A stretch of DNA of 64,000 nucleotides from Takakia lepidozioides. Lineage: Eukaryota > Plantae > Bryophyta. The notes beneath the pieces are model-generated. The model made no database searches. It worked only from the letters and a program-made list of their open reading frames with translations, and was not told the DNA's origin. Where the stretch lies: positions 72,664,001-72,728,000 of the forward strand of contig CM060733.1 of NCBI GenBank assembly GCA_030704615.1. The letters run 5' to 3'. The translations under genes were made by a program, and so were the position numbers. Below, one piece after another: positions 52,085 to 64,000 of the stretch. The first letter of the stretch is position 1, and each line of letters opens with the position of its first letter.

Positions 52085-55000
52085 TGTGAGGGGAGCAGCA
52101 ACCACTGCTCTACAACTCACATTTTACCCCCTCACTGCTTTTGACTTTTCTCTCACTTCGAGGAATGCTGCAGCGGGGTAAGGTGAAAATGACAAAAGGT
52201 TTAAGGTTAGAATCCCCGTGCGGGAAGTCGTTGTGCTCCATGCAGGGAGCATCAGTATATTGCAGAATGCTTGATACAACAAGCATTTACTTTTTCTCGA
52301 GATATGCTTAAGCAGACACATATATACTCTGTGATAGAAACAAATGATGATCGATAGTGTGCATTGAACAAGAGTGCATATATTAGCCAACCCATTGTTC
52401 CAATTCCTGCACCTGTGGTTCTTCACTTAGTGAAGAAAAAAAAAAACTCACAACACGTGATTAGTAACGAAGAGGTATGAAGTCTTCTACTTGGCAATTG
52501 GATGGTCATAGCTTTCATAGCTTATGCCATATCAAACAGATTCTAATTCTACAATGTGGGTTAGAATACTGCACTCTATGTGCCCCGCATCCCAAGGTCT
52601 CTCCTGGATTCCAATAACTACCCAAAAATTCACTCTGGAGAACAAATCACCTCTTTAATGCAAATGCGTTGCCCCGCATCCCAAGATCTATCCTTGGAAC
52701 TCCAAGAAAGGGTGTTCAATAACCTACTTGGGTAAGAGCCATACCGACTTCTTCCCATTGGAGAAGTTTCATTGGATTATTGCAACTTAGTTGCCCCGCA
52801 CTCCACCTCGTTGTGGAGCTCCAATAACCAATGAGTCAATGGATAGGAAATACCAACATTTCCTTCCGACAAACCGGGAGAAATCCTAAAGATCTCTCCC
52901 TTAATGGGGGAATAGTTCATTGGTTACTAGAACTCACATGTAGTAGTGCTTGCACCGAACACCGTTCACCGGGTTGGGGAACTCCACTCCCCTCAGTATC
53001 TCTAGCTGTAATGAGCCGTTGTCAAAAACTGTCTTGACGAGATAGGGACTCATCCAGTATGAGTCGAACTTGGCTTTGAACTCCTCGTTCCGACTGTCGA
53101 ATAATAGTACAAGATCTCCTGCATCGAAGATTCTCTTTTTGCGCTTAGCATCAAAGCGAGCCTTCCTTCGTCATTGCACTGCCTCAATGTGTTGAGCTAC
53201 TGCTTGTCGGAGTTCATCCAATCCTTCCAACATCTCAAGTCGTTCCTTTAATGACTCGGATGTCGCCAACCGTTCGGGAATGGCTAATCGTAGAGATGGG
53301 ATTTATATCTCGATTGGCATGATGGACTCTACCCCATAAACCAATGAAAAGGGGGTATGTCGAGTAGTTACCTTACGGGTCGTGCGAAATGCCCACAAGG
53401 CCGAAATCAACTTGGTGTCCCAATCCCTCTTGTGCTCCCTGATTGTTTTGGAGAGAATGTTGCACAGGGTTTGGTTGGCGCGCTCCACCTGCCCACTCGT
53501 TTGTGGATGATAAGGGGTCGCCTTACGATGTTTGATGGAAAATGCCACCATCATTTCCTCGATGACGTCGTTGATGAGTGAGATCCTCTGTCACTCACTG
53601 TTTCTTTTGGGCATCCGAATCGGGAAATGATATATTCATAAATGAAAGAGGCGGTTACCTGTGCGTTGGCCCTCTTAACTGCCTTGGCTTCTGCCCACTT
53701 GGTCAGATACTCAGTGGCTACAATGATGTAGCGATTTTGTCGACTCGATGCAGGGTGCACCTCCCCTACATAGTCGATCCCCCACTTCTCAAACGGAGCA
53801 AGGGGGAGAGTGGGAACTAACGGCATTCCGAGCCTGTTATCCCGCTTGGCGTACCTCTAACAATAGTCGCATTTTTGCACATGCATGTGCGCATCTTTGA
53901 ACATGGAGGGCCAGTAGTATCCTGCCCTTAAAGCCTTCTGCACTGTGAGCCGCCCTGCAAAATGTCCTCCGCACATGCTATCATGGGCTGACTCTAAAAT
54001 CTCGGGGTGACGCATCGCCTCAAGAGTCCATCCAATCCCCTTCTATAAAGTTGCCCTCCCACAAGAGCAAACTTCATGCTGCGTAGTCGAAGCCTCCGTC
54101 GCATATGTCGATCCAATCTTGGGGGAAATTCCAGGGTGCTCAAATACTGAGCTATATGCTCATACCATGGAGGGACGGTCTCTATAGAGAATAAGAATGT
54201 ATCCGGAAAATCATCGTCAATAGGCTCGTCTCCTGTTTTCTCCGATAATCGGGAAAGGTGATTGGCCTGAGCATTAAGCCTTCCGGGCTTGTAGTCGAAT
54301 TCCTGAAGCAGATTAACCCACCTGGCTATTCTTCCCGTCAAATCGGGCTTGCTGATCAGGTATCGTAATGTCATGTGATCAACGAAAAATATGAAAGGTG
54401 TCTCCAACAAATATTGCCGATACTTCTTTATGGTAGAAATCATTCCCAGAGCCTCCCGCTCCGTGGTGTTATACCTCGTTTCGGCGAATGTCAGCTGTCG
54501 ACTGGCGAAGGATATCGGATGATCATGGCCATCAGCATCTTGTTGGCAAAGGGCACAGCCAGCTACGGCCACCGCCAAAGCATCAACGTAAACATGGAAA
54601 GGCCTGTTCCAGTCGGGAGCTGCCAAAACGGGAGCGGACACCAAACGCTGCTTGAGTGTCTCGAAAGACTCCTGACACCCTGTAATATCCCAGGAAAATA
54701 CCTGGTTCTTCTTCAATAATCGAGTCAGAGGTAAGGCCTCTGTTGCATACTTGTCCATAAATTTCCTATACTACCCTATGTGGCCAAGGAACCCTTTCAC
54801 CTTAGGTGATGTCTCTGGTGCAGGAAGTTTGACTATGGCGCTCACCTTTGTTGGATCTGTCGCCACGCCATCTTTGGACACTATGTGCCCCAGTAGCAGT
54901 CCATGTGTGATTGCAAACACGCACTTCATTGGGTTGAGAGAGATCCCATTCTCCCTGCACCGGATGAAGCACTCCCGTAATGCTGCAACGTGATCTTTTG

Positions 55001-56191
55001 CATCCCCATTGCAACAAAAGTCATCTAAGAAGATGACCAAATTCCTTCTCACGATATCTGAGAAGACATACGTCATGACCATTTGAAATGTCAGGGGTGC
55101 GTTGCACAGGCCGAAGGACATAGGTGTATAGGCAAATGTGCCCCATGGTGAAGTAAAGGTGGTTTTTAACACGTCCTTTGGTCAATCAACACCTGATTGT
55201 ACCCTGAAAATCCATCCATGAAAGAGTAGAGCTCCTTCCCTGCTACTTCTTTCACCAAAGTATCTATGAATGGCAAGGGAAAATGATCATTGTGTGTTAC
55301 CTTGTTAAGGGGGCGGAAGTCCACGCATACCCTTAGGCCTCCATTCTTTTTTCGGACGATCACCATTGGAGACACCCATGCTGATGTTTCCACCGGGAAG
55401 AATTTCTGCGGCTAGCAGTTTTTCAATATCTGCTTTAATGAGCATTGCTAAGTTGGGGTTCACCCTTCTCTCTCGTTGTCGTCTTGGGGTAGCTCCCGGA
55501 ATCAGGGGAATGGAATGCATTGCCACGTAAGAAGGCATTCCCTTCAATTCAGTGTAGGACCATGCAAAGATGTCCCAAAATTTCTTGAACAGTGCCTGAT
55601 ACTCCAAGGCCTGCTCTGTTGTCAGGTGGGCCCCCACCTTCACCATCTTTGGTGACTCTCCTCCAACTGCCATGTCAATCAACTGCGTTGTTGGTTTAGA
55701 TGTGAAACACAACATTGGTTCAAATTGAGATTTGTTTGATCCCTGCTGCAAATAAGGAATGTAGGGGGCGCTATGTTTCTTGACATCCCTTTCTAGGTCG
55801 ACCTCCTCTACAATTCTCATATCCAGAATCTCGTCGTTTACCTCCTGAGGAATCTCCAGTTCCTGTAGACCAATCCATTCGGCGGATATGGAAAAAAGTT
55901 CGGTCAACAGCTCGAACTCCGGAAGTGCCTCGGTTGATACCGAGTGTACCATCACTTCCCTACTTTGGTTTTTTCCGAACAACCAGGCGATGCAGTCTGT
56001 ATCAGACTCGCATTCATATAATCCCGGTCCTAGGGACTTGACTGCGTCCACTAGTCCTACCTTCTTTCGCTTAACCTCCCTGTGAGGCGCAGTAGTTGTT
56101 GCTAAGACTCGGTGGGCGTGTGAGGTGGGGAAGAGCTCTCCCTCTGACCACAAATTCTCCTCACTCAAGTCTGCAGATTCCTCTTCAGAGC
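52085..56191 (-). mobile_element. Gypsy element F, 3' part (RT-RNaseH-integrase, PPT at about 52126-52133), decayed
   Basis: FMDGFSGYNQ, FLDDF, YVDALAVA, WGIDYVG, PQTSGQVERAN; PPT gagggggtaaaa followed by TG. Confidence 0.85.
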
Positions 56192-57270
56192 GGGCAGTTG
56201 CAGGATTGGGTGGATCAAAAGCGGCACATGTTGAGTCCACAAGAAGTCCATGGAATTTTTTTTTGTTGAGTCTATTGCTTTCAGTTTATTTTTAAGAGAT
56301 AGATAGTAGTATACATAACATTTTTAGTAAAGAGTCCCTCCTCAAATATTGAAAACATTCTTTACTAGATATCTTAATCTTTAATTTGAAAAAACATTTA
56401 AACGTCAAAATGTAGAGTTTACAACCACTTGTCCATATACCACCTGGAACCTCTAGATTACAGGTTTGTATGCCTTTTTAGTAAAAGACAACACCTCAAA
56501 AACCCAAAACATAAGATGCTATGGACTAGAGCAAATCAACCTGTTTTTATGTGCAAAATAGTCCATAGCTCTCAATTCCTAAGATAACTAGTCCATATAA
56601 AAGTGGATTTGGGTTGGATTTAAAAATGGCACCCCTAGTGTGTTTTCCTTTGTGCCAGTGTATGAGTGTACATGATGTTTCAGTCCATAAGATTTTATGT
56701 GTAACATCTGCACTTCACAGTAATCAACTTTAAAAGTCCATGGCTCTCTGGTACATGATTGTTTTTGCAATCTAACAATTGGTACACATACCTATTGTAG
56801 TTAGAAACCCTATACCATATAAATTTAGATGAAATATTGAGTTGTTGGACCAATATGGGTAAAACCATGGAGGGAGGTCACTGCAGAAACTGCCATGTTA
56901 CACAAAAACTGAGACACCACCTGGAAACAGAGGATCCATGGATAGCATCATTGAGCTGAAACGCAGAAGTCGATATGACTTCATTCAAGACAGTATTTTC
57001 CCTGGGCAAGGATATTTGAAAGTTCACTTGTTTAGGATGCAGTCAACAGTGGGTGAGGATAGCGGAGTGAATCTGGTTTGCAGAATGCAGCCGGGTGGAG
57101 ATCTGGAGAAATCATGGATCATGTTCAATCACTACAAACGGGTGAAGGATTGGACAACAGTGGCTTGCCATGTGTACGATCCAAGTTACCAACGAGTGAT
57201 AACCATTGTAGTTTGTGACATGCAGTCCGAGAACACTTAGCCGCAGATGCTGATGTGGAACTCGTTGGTT
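56192..57270 (+). mobile_element. Left end and transposase-like fragment of a DNA transposon related to the 46862 MITE
   Basis: Terminus GGGCAGTTGCAGG plus a subterminal ~60 bp similar to the MITE end. ORF 56938-57240 WIMFNHYKRVKDWTTVACHVYDP..ITIVVCDMQSE resembles the first strands of a DDE transposase RNaseH fold. Confidence 0.55.
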
Positions 57271-57468
57271 GCTACCATACCCGGTTATTAGCGTCACGTC
57301 CGTCCGTCAGTGTTAGGTCACGTCAGACCTGACGCTGACGGGACCTCTGTCACATCATGTTCGAGGAATATTCTGGTAAAAATAGTACCAGGTAAAATAC
57401 TGCCACTTAAGCAGCCACGTCGCCAACACAGTGGCCCCAAATACATTTTGAAAATTAACAAAATGAAC

Positions 57469-58328
57469 GCGACCGCCAATTATGGCGGTCGCTTTGTTTT
57501 TCAAAATTAAAAAAAAAATAGCGACCGCCATAATTGGCGGTCGCTTCAATTTTATTTATTTTTCAAGCAAGATTGGCGGTTGCACTAACGGTCGTTTATT
57601 TTTCGAATTAAAAAAAGAAATAGCTACCGCTATCTTGGCGGCACTTCAACTTTTAAAAAAAAAAAAACAAGATTGGCGGTCGCCTAATTTAAAAAAGAAA
57701 ACAAGCGACTGCCGTATTGGCGGTCAGATAATTTCAAAAATACATAAAAAAAACAAGCGACCGCCATTGGGCAGTCGCTTAATTAAAAAAAAATATAGAA
57801 AAACAAACGACCGTCATATGGCGGTCGGTAAATTTAAAATGATATAAAAAAAACAAGCGACATATGAAAATAAAAGCGACCGCCACACCGATGGTCGCTT
57901 GTTTAAAACAATACAATATTTGCGACCGCAAAACCGGCGGTCGCGTTAATTTAATAATATATAAAATAAAAGCGACCGCCAGCCTGGAGGTCGCTTAAAC
58001 TTGAAAATATAAAGATTAAAAGCGACCACCTTACTGGCGATCGCATTTTTAAAAAAATATTAAAAATAAAAACGACCACCATATTGGCAGTCGCTTTATT
58101 TTAAATATATTAACAAATGAAGCGACCGCCATACCGGCAGTCGCATTATATTTTGGAATAAAAAATAATAGCGACCGCCATACGGGCGGTCGCTTAAATT
58201 TAAAAATATACAAAATAGAAGTGACCGCAATATTACACAAAATAAAAGGAAATAAAAGCGACCGCAGTAGTGGCGGTCGCTTGTTTTTCATAAAAAATAA
58301 ACATAGAGACCGTAGTATTAGCGGTCGC
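57469..58328. repeat. Array of about 19 palindromes GCGACCGCC-N5-GGCGGTCGC with AT-rich spacers, period about 50 bp
   Basis: Units at about 57469, 57521, 57705, 57757, 57876, 57922, 57972, 58022, 58122, 58171, 58258 and others. Confidence 0.9.
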
Positions 58329-59715
58329 TTAATTTCAAAATTATAACAAATATGGTTGTATCGCCTTTTTCGGGTGGGCGCTATTGGTTCGTCATTTATT
58401 CATTTCACTTTCATTTCACTTTCGTTCTTCTTGGATCATATATAAGGGAGGAGGGTCACCAAGCTCCTCACTTCTTTTGGCGCAAACACTTGAGGTTGTT
58501 TTGGATGTTCTCTTCCATTGAACGAGAGTGTCGCCCAAGAGGAGGGTGCACACATTTTGCCGTTGTGGCTTCCACCAAAGCCACTTCAGCAGATTGTGTA
58601 TAAGCTCAACACTACGACCCACTTGGGTTACTGACAGATGTAGAAGTGTTGAGCTATCGCATTGCACTTTACATTCACAACACGTTCATTTATAGGTGAC
58701 TGTTTTTTGTTGCGTACATCGCTAGGGCCCAGATGAGTGGATATTGGGTGAAGATGAGGGAGGAATGGAGCCCTTGGTATACGGCAATCCTGAACACTGT
58801 TAGTGCCACTGGTAGTATTGAGTGCAACCTATATGGATTAAAGCTTTTTTTTATCGTAAGGATCGGTTGCTCGCTCACCTCGGTTATAAAGGTGTGAAGA
58901 GCGCTAGGGTGGGTTTATGCCCTAAAGCATCTATGCGGGTAAAAAACCATTTTGCCCAGTGTGGAGACAATATTCCAATGTCTCTGGATCTGGACATGAC
59001 CTCTGAGCAGAACACTCTATCTTCCCGTCAGGATGCCCCGATTAGTACCCAAGGCGACTCTTGTGAGGCTTCAGGTGTGGACAAATGGGTTGTACCGGAG
59101 CAACACCTGCTTCAACACCTCTTTGTACCCCTACACTTCAACGGAGTAGAGGATTACGGCAGCAATCCATGCAGGAAGGTCTTAACTTATCTGCGAAAAG
59201 ACAGTTGGTATACACGAAGTACACGCTGACCCAAGGTCAACTAGGGTTAATTAAGGCACATGAGACATGACTCATGTTTTCATCCAAATCCCTGGGATGG
59301 GAATCTTATCCAGATCTTAAGCCTGGGTTTTTGGAATATTAAGCTTGGGCTAGATAATCTTTATAAGAATAGTCGAATATTTTGCTTCGGCTAGAGAATA
59401 TTCTAAAGAATTTAAGAATCTCAGGCCCGGGCTAAAGAATCTTATCCCGGGCTTTTGGAATATTTACTAGTATACAGCCTTTTTGGGCTTCCGTAATCGA
59501 GCAAGGTTTTTTTCGTATTCTGTAGATGAGACCCTCCATGTTGCAGACCCTCCCTGCAGACCATGGGCCGGGTGGGGTGGGGTGACCATTCCCTTTTTGC
59601 GGGCCCCACCATGTGGGGGCCCGCGATGCATTCAAGACGCTATCAATCTACAATGAAATTCTAGTGGAGTATTGGCAGATGGGACTCCAAAAGAAGACCG
59701 CTAATATACAACAAT

Positions 59716-60246
59716 TGTCGTGCGCATACATATCGCTACACAACTACATCGCTGTCCAAACCACACCACACATATATGCACAATAAAGTAGTCTAGCACA
59801 ATAGATAAACAAAGCTAAAAAGGACATACACTTCCAACACAAGAAATATGAAATCCATCGCTATCACTCATTGAAACTGAAGTCGAGCCAGGGGCACCCC
59901 AAGCTATGGGGACTCCACCCCACAACAACCTGTATCCCTACATAAGCACACTAAAACCTAAACACATGCAGGAGCTCGGTCGCGCAGGCTCAACTCGAGA
60001 GAGATGAGCCGCGCGACTGCCGCTCTCGTGAAGATAAGACAGACCAGGTGTCAAACTAAACTTGACACCTGATTTAACACTTGACCTAAATCCAAGTGTT
60101 AAATACAAATAACTAGTTTTATTCTAGCTGTTTTCACACTGTGCTTATTTAACTTGACAGCTGTCGTGCGCATACATATCGCTACACAACTACATCGCTG
60201 TCCAAACCACACCACACATATATGCACAATAAAGTAGTCTAGCACA
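59716..60246 (-). repeat. 3' LTR region of G with an 85-bp direct repeat at both ends
   Basis: 59716-59800 equals 60162-60246; PPT adjacent to 60246. Confidence 0.75.
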
Positions 60247-60506
60247 ATCGCCCCCCTAGCTGGTGGATAGGTCCCTCTACCTCCAGATAGCTACAAGATG
60301 TAATAGCCACAGCCGTACTAAGTCCTCTATCACTGTCATTATCGAGCTCAAACTCTATCAACCAAGAGGCCGGGTACAAGAGTAGCCCCATCGTTAGTCG
60401 CCGTCTTGCAATCTATGAACTTGAGCCAAGATCTCGTGTGTTCAAGGTCTCCTAGTAGCTGGGTCTTGCGTTTCTTGTTAGCCTCCCATGGTTGTATCCA
60501 CTCCCA

Positions 60507-63500
60507 CTATCCAATGCAATGTGGACATAACCAATCCCCATCCGGAACCATCTCAAGAGGTGGAGTCAAGCATCCCATATGCCAACCTCTAGAGCACCGA
60601 TCACATACCAGCATGGTGGCTGCCCCTTTAGCAGACCCACACAACATGCACCTCAAACCTGCAGATACCACTGCCAGGTTTGGGTCAATCCTGCCATCGA
60701 CATTCGGAAGGTGACATGGCGCACAATTACGCACATGGTCCTTCCAAGTGATGCCATCCCGACCCTCCAAGACCAAGACGCCTGAGGGCAAGACCTCTCG
60801 AACCCTCAAAATAACACGTCCTGCAGTCACATCCAGGGTCGTAGGAGCAGTCTGCTGCAGATAGACATAGTCACCAGGGTTGAATCTCCGAACCCCAGGA
60901 CGATAGCCCCCACCACGTATGGTAGCATACCTCAACGTATCACGGTGTTGTGCAATGGCAAGGTTCTCGAAAGCCATGGGCATGACTCTCTTGAACAACT
61001 CTGCACGCTGCTCACATGCACGTGCCCACACGTCCGGATCGTCAAGGTTAAGAACTGTAGCAGCTTCTCTGCGAATGGATGTAGGCAAATCCGGCTCTCG
61101 GCCAAAGAGAAGAAAGTATGGTGAGAAGAGGCAAGTGATGCTTGCTTGCTGAACCTGTAGCCCATGGCTAACCAGGGTAACTGAAGGTCCCAATCTCCTA
61201 GGTGTCCCTTCTGCAAGCCATACTTGCGCAAACCCCTCTTTACTGTCTGAACAACTCTCTCTGCCAAGCCATCGGCTTCAGGATGATCCCGAGAAGTGGT
61301 GCGGTGGTCTATCAAGGCTTTGTCACACAAAGCCTGAAACTCCCCCAAGAACTCTCTCCCTTGGTCCGTGAGTACCTCAGCTGGAGCACCGAATCGGCTA
61401 AGCACACAATCCAGGAATGCATACGCAGCTCCCTCACTAGCCTTATCAGGCAATGGAACCAATTCAATCCACTTGGAGAAGTGCTCCACCATCACCAACA
61501 CGTACTTGTTGTGGCGCATGGTCAGTGGCAACGGCCCTGCGAAGTCAAGACTCCACCTGTAGCCCAATCCCATGATCGGAAGAGGGTGCAATTGTGGAGT
61601 AGGGGCGTTGAATGAAGCACGCACCCTGTCACACACCATGCACCTAGCCACAAAGTGTTGCACCTCTGTGTGCATACCACGCCACCAATACTGCCCCTGC
61701 AGTAGACTATGAGTGCGTCGCACCCCAAAATGCCCCAACTCCTCATGGGCATGCCGCACTAACCGTGCCCGCTGTGTTGGGTGAGGCACAATCCTCACTC
61801 GACCATCCTCCCACACTCGGAGCAGGTGTGTCCCCTCCCACCTGAACCTCTTGGCTCGTTGTAGGATCCGATCCCTCTCCTTGGCAGTCATAGTGGCTGC
61901 CGTGTCTCCACTGCGGAGGTAGTCCAACACAACTGAATCCTCATGTATATCTTTGGCGCCACCCTGCTCATTGCTGGCCTCAGGGTCCTCAGACACTTGA
62001 TCTACAGTCATCCCTGTTGTAGGTCCAACCTGGCCTTCCGCTGCCAAGATACACAGAAATGCAGATGCATGCCATCCGGGCACCATCTCCTCGTCCGTCT
62101 CACCATGCCACCGAGCTCCAGTGTCATCTTGTTGGCTCGTGCATGGATTGCGACTCAACCCATCTGCATTTCGATTGACCAAACCCGGTCGATGCACCAC
62201 CTGAAAGTCATACTCTTGAAGGATGAGTGCCCACCGTGCAAGCTTCCCCGTAAGCTTGTCTGACTCCATCAACCACTTGAGTGGTTGGTGATCCGTGACA
62301 AGGGTGAAGAGATTGCCGTATAAATAGCACCTGAAGTGTGCCACGGCCCACACTGCAGCTAAGCATTCTCCCTCATATGAGCTATACTTAGACTCTGCAG
62401 CATTGTTGAGCGGCTAGCATAAGCCACTACGAACTCTCTTCCCTCATCATCCACCTGTGTGAGCACTGCTCCAAGCCCCAGCATGCTCCAATCTGTATGC
62501 AGCTGAAAAGGACGCCCCCTGATAGGTCGTCTCAAGATGGGCGCCGAGGTCAACCTCGCCTTGAGCTCTTGAAAAGCTTGTTCTTGCTCATCTGCCCACT
62601 GCCACTCCTGGTCCACCTTGGTCAGCTTGGTTAGAGCCTTTGCAATGGCACTAAATCCCTTAACAAACCGTCTGTAATAGTTTGCTAACCCCATGAAAGC
62701 TCGAACTCGGCTCACATCCGTGGGGCGTGGAACCTGTGCAATGGACTCTACCTTAGTCTGCTGTACCCCCAATCCTCCAGGATATATCATGTGACCCAGA
62801 TACTCAATCTGGTTGTGGAAAAACTTGCACTTGCCCGGATGTAACTTCAATCCGTGCGTCCTCAAGCGCTCAAATACCCCTTGAAGGTGTCTCTCATGCT
62901 CCTCCACCGTAGCACTAAAGATGATGATGTCATCTATGTAGCACCGAGCAAACTCCACCCCTGCTAGAATCCTGTCCATGACTCTTTGAAACTCAGCGGG
63001 AGCGTTTTTAAGCCCAAATGGTAAGAACCGCCACTGGTATAGGCAATCCTTCCCGTGCTCATTGATCCCCCAGAATGCCGTCTTTTGCTTATCCGCCTCC
63101 TTGATCGGCAACTGGTGATATCCGGATCGTAAATCCAACGTGCTAAAGACCTTGGAATGCCCAATGGCATCAAAGATCTCCTCTGGTGTTGGCATGGCAT
63201 ACCTATCGGACTTGGTCTGACGATTTACAGGCCGGTAATCACCGCACATACGTCTCTCCGTCCAATTGCCATAGACATCCTTCTTGGCTGGCATCACTGT
63301 GGCTGAAGCATACTCTCCACCAGAGAGCTCCACCAAACCTGCCTCCCAGAGATCTTGAGTCCTCATCTGAATCAAAGACCTCTCCATGTCACTGTATCTA
63401 TAGGGTCTCCGAAAGATTGGCGTGTCAGTGGCCAACTCAATACGGATCTCTTGACCCTTCAGTGCTCCCAAGTCCTTCAAACTGAAGGCAAAGCAATTCC

Positions 63501-64000
63501 TGTAAGCCCTCAGGAACCGCCGTATACGTCGTCTCTCTCCTCCGGTGACAATGGGTCCAATATCAGGCTCCCAATTGTCCTCCGTAACTGCAACCTTAAG
63601 TCCAGTGGGCTTAGAGGTAGAGGACGCGTCCCGTGGTTGCTATGCTGCAACCTCTTGAGCAGTACCCCCTTCCTGCTCAGTCAATGACAAGGCCTCATCC
63701 TGCCCCATCATCTCATCATTGAGAACCTCCTCATCCCGAGAAGAATCCCCAACCTCATCCATCACAGCTGCCTTCGCTGCCAACTCCCTCTGAACCTCGA
63801 GCACCTCCCACATGTGCCATGGATGTCTACACCTCGTGGTCCTCACCGGCTCGCCCCCACTCGCTGCCTGTACCGTCTCGGTAGGCAGAGAGACCATCAA
63901 GGGAAGTGCACTCCGCATTCTACGTTGCTCAGCCATAGCCAAGCTGACAATCCAGGTCAAGCAATTGAGATCCATTGCTTGCCCCAACACCTGACGACGT
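60507..64000 (-). pseudogene. pol of G: DNMT C-terminus, linker, RT, RNaseH, integrase, PHD finger; few lesions
   Basis: VLGQAMDLNCL; [15 protein letters not shown]; HTDWS; HEELGH..C..C, SLDFAGP, TDQGREF, DGLAER; terminal CMLC..CDRC..WHMGC..WLCPHC (C4HC3). Confidence 0.92.

Larger units (their letters stand above)
59716..64000 (-). mobile_element. Gypsy element G (DNMT/PHD family), 3' part; continues beyond the window
   Basis: DNMT motif X, RT, RNaseH, integrase, PHD, PPT (gctaggggggcg, 60249-60260) and LTR. Confidence 0.92.

Noticed and set aside
47570-56191. Single element with pol antisense to its PBS
   Set aside because: A separate PPT and TG at about 52121 indicate that an independent minus-strand element inserted into H's leader.
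57469-58328. CRISPR array
   Set aside because: Repeats are degenerate, spacers are low-complexity and similar to each other, there are no cas genes, and the context is eukaryotic.
58690-59270. Host gene
   Set aside because: Short frameshifted ORFs with no recognisable motif.

Overview
Eukaryotic transposon-dense window, probably from a non-seed land plant or streptophyte (inferred from the element types and GT-AG introns), with no recognisable intact host gene and one 500-N gap (25022-25521). It is a nest of Ty3/gypsy LTR retrotransposons from about six families, two L1-like LINE fragments and several DNA-transposon derivatives (hAT MITE, TTAA/piggyBac-like element, a 4-bp-TSD family). The main feature is a gypsy family present in two complementary copies (96-~12350 and 59716->64000). 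Together they give the polyprotein gag(2xCCHC)-protease-C5 cytosine DNA methyltransferase-RT-RNaseH-integrase-PHD finger, i.e. a retrotransposon carrying both a chromatin writer and a reader. Separately, 37.3-40.7 kb holds a spliced, decayed gene with beta-class amino (N6A/N4C) DNA methyltransferase motifs facing a second, more degenerate MTase-like exon. Other oddities: a four-deep same-family nest, a head-to-head pair of >3 kb LTRs, a ~50-bp-period palindrome array and a micro-inversion in an RT. All calls are by eye from sequence motifs; no searches were run.
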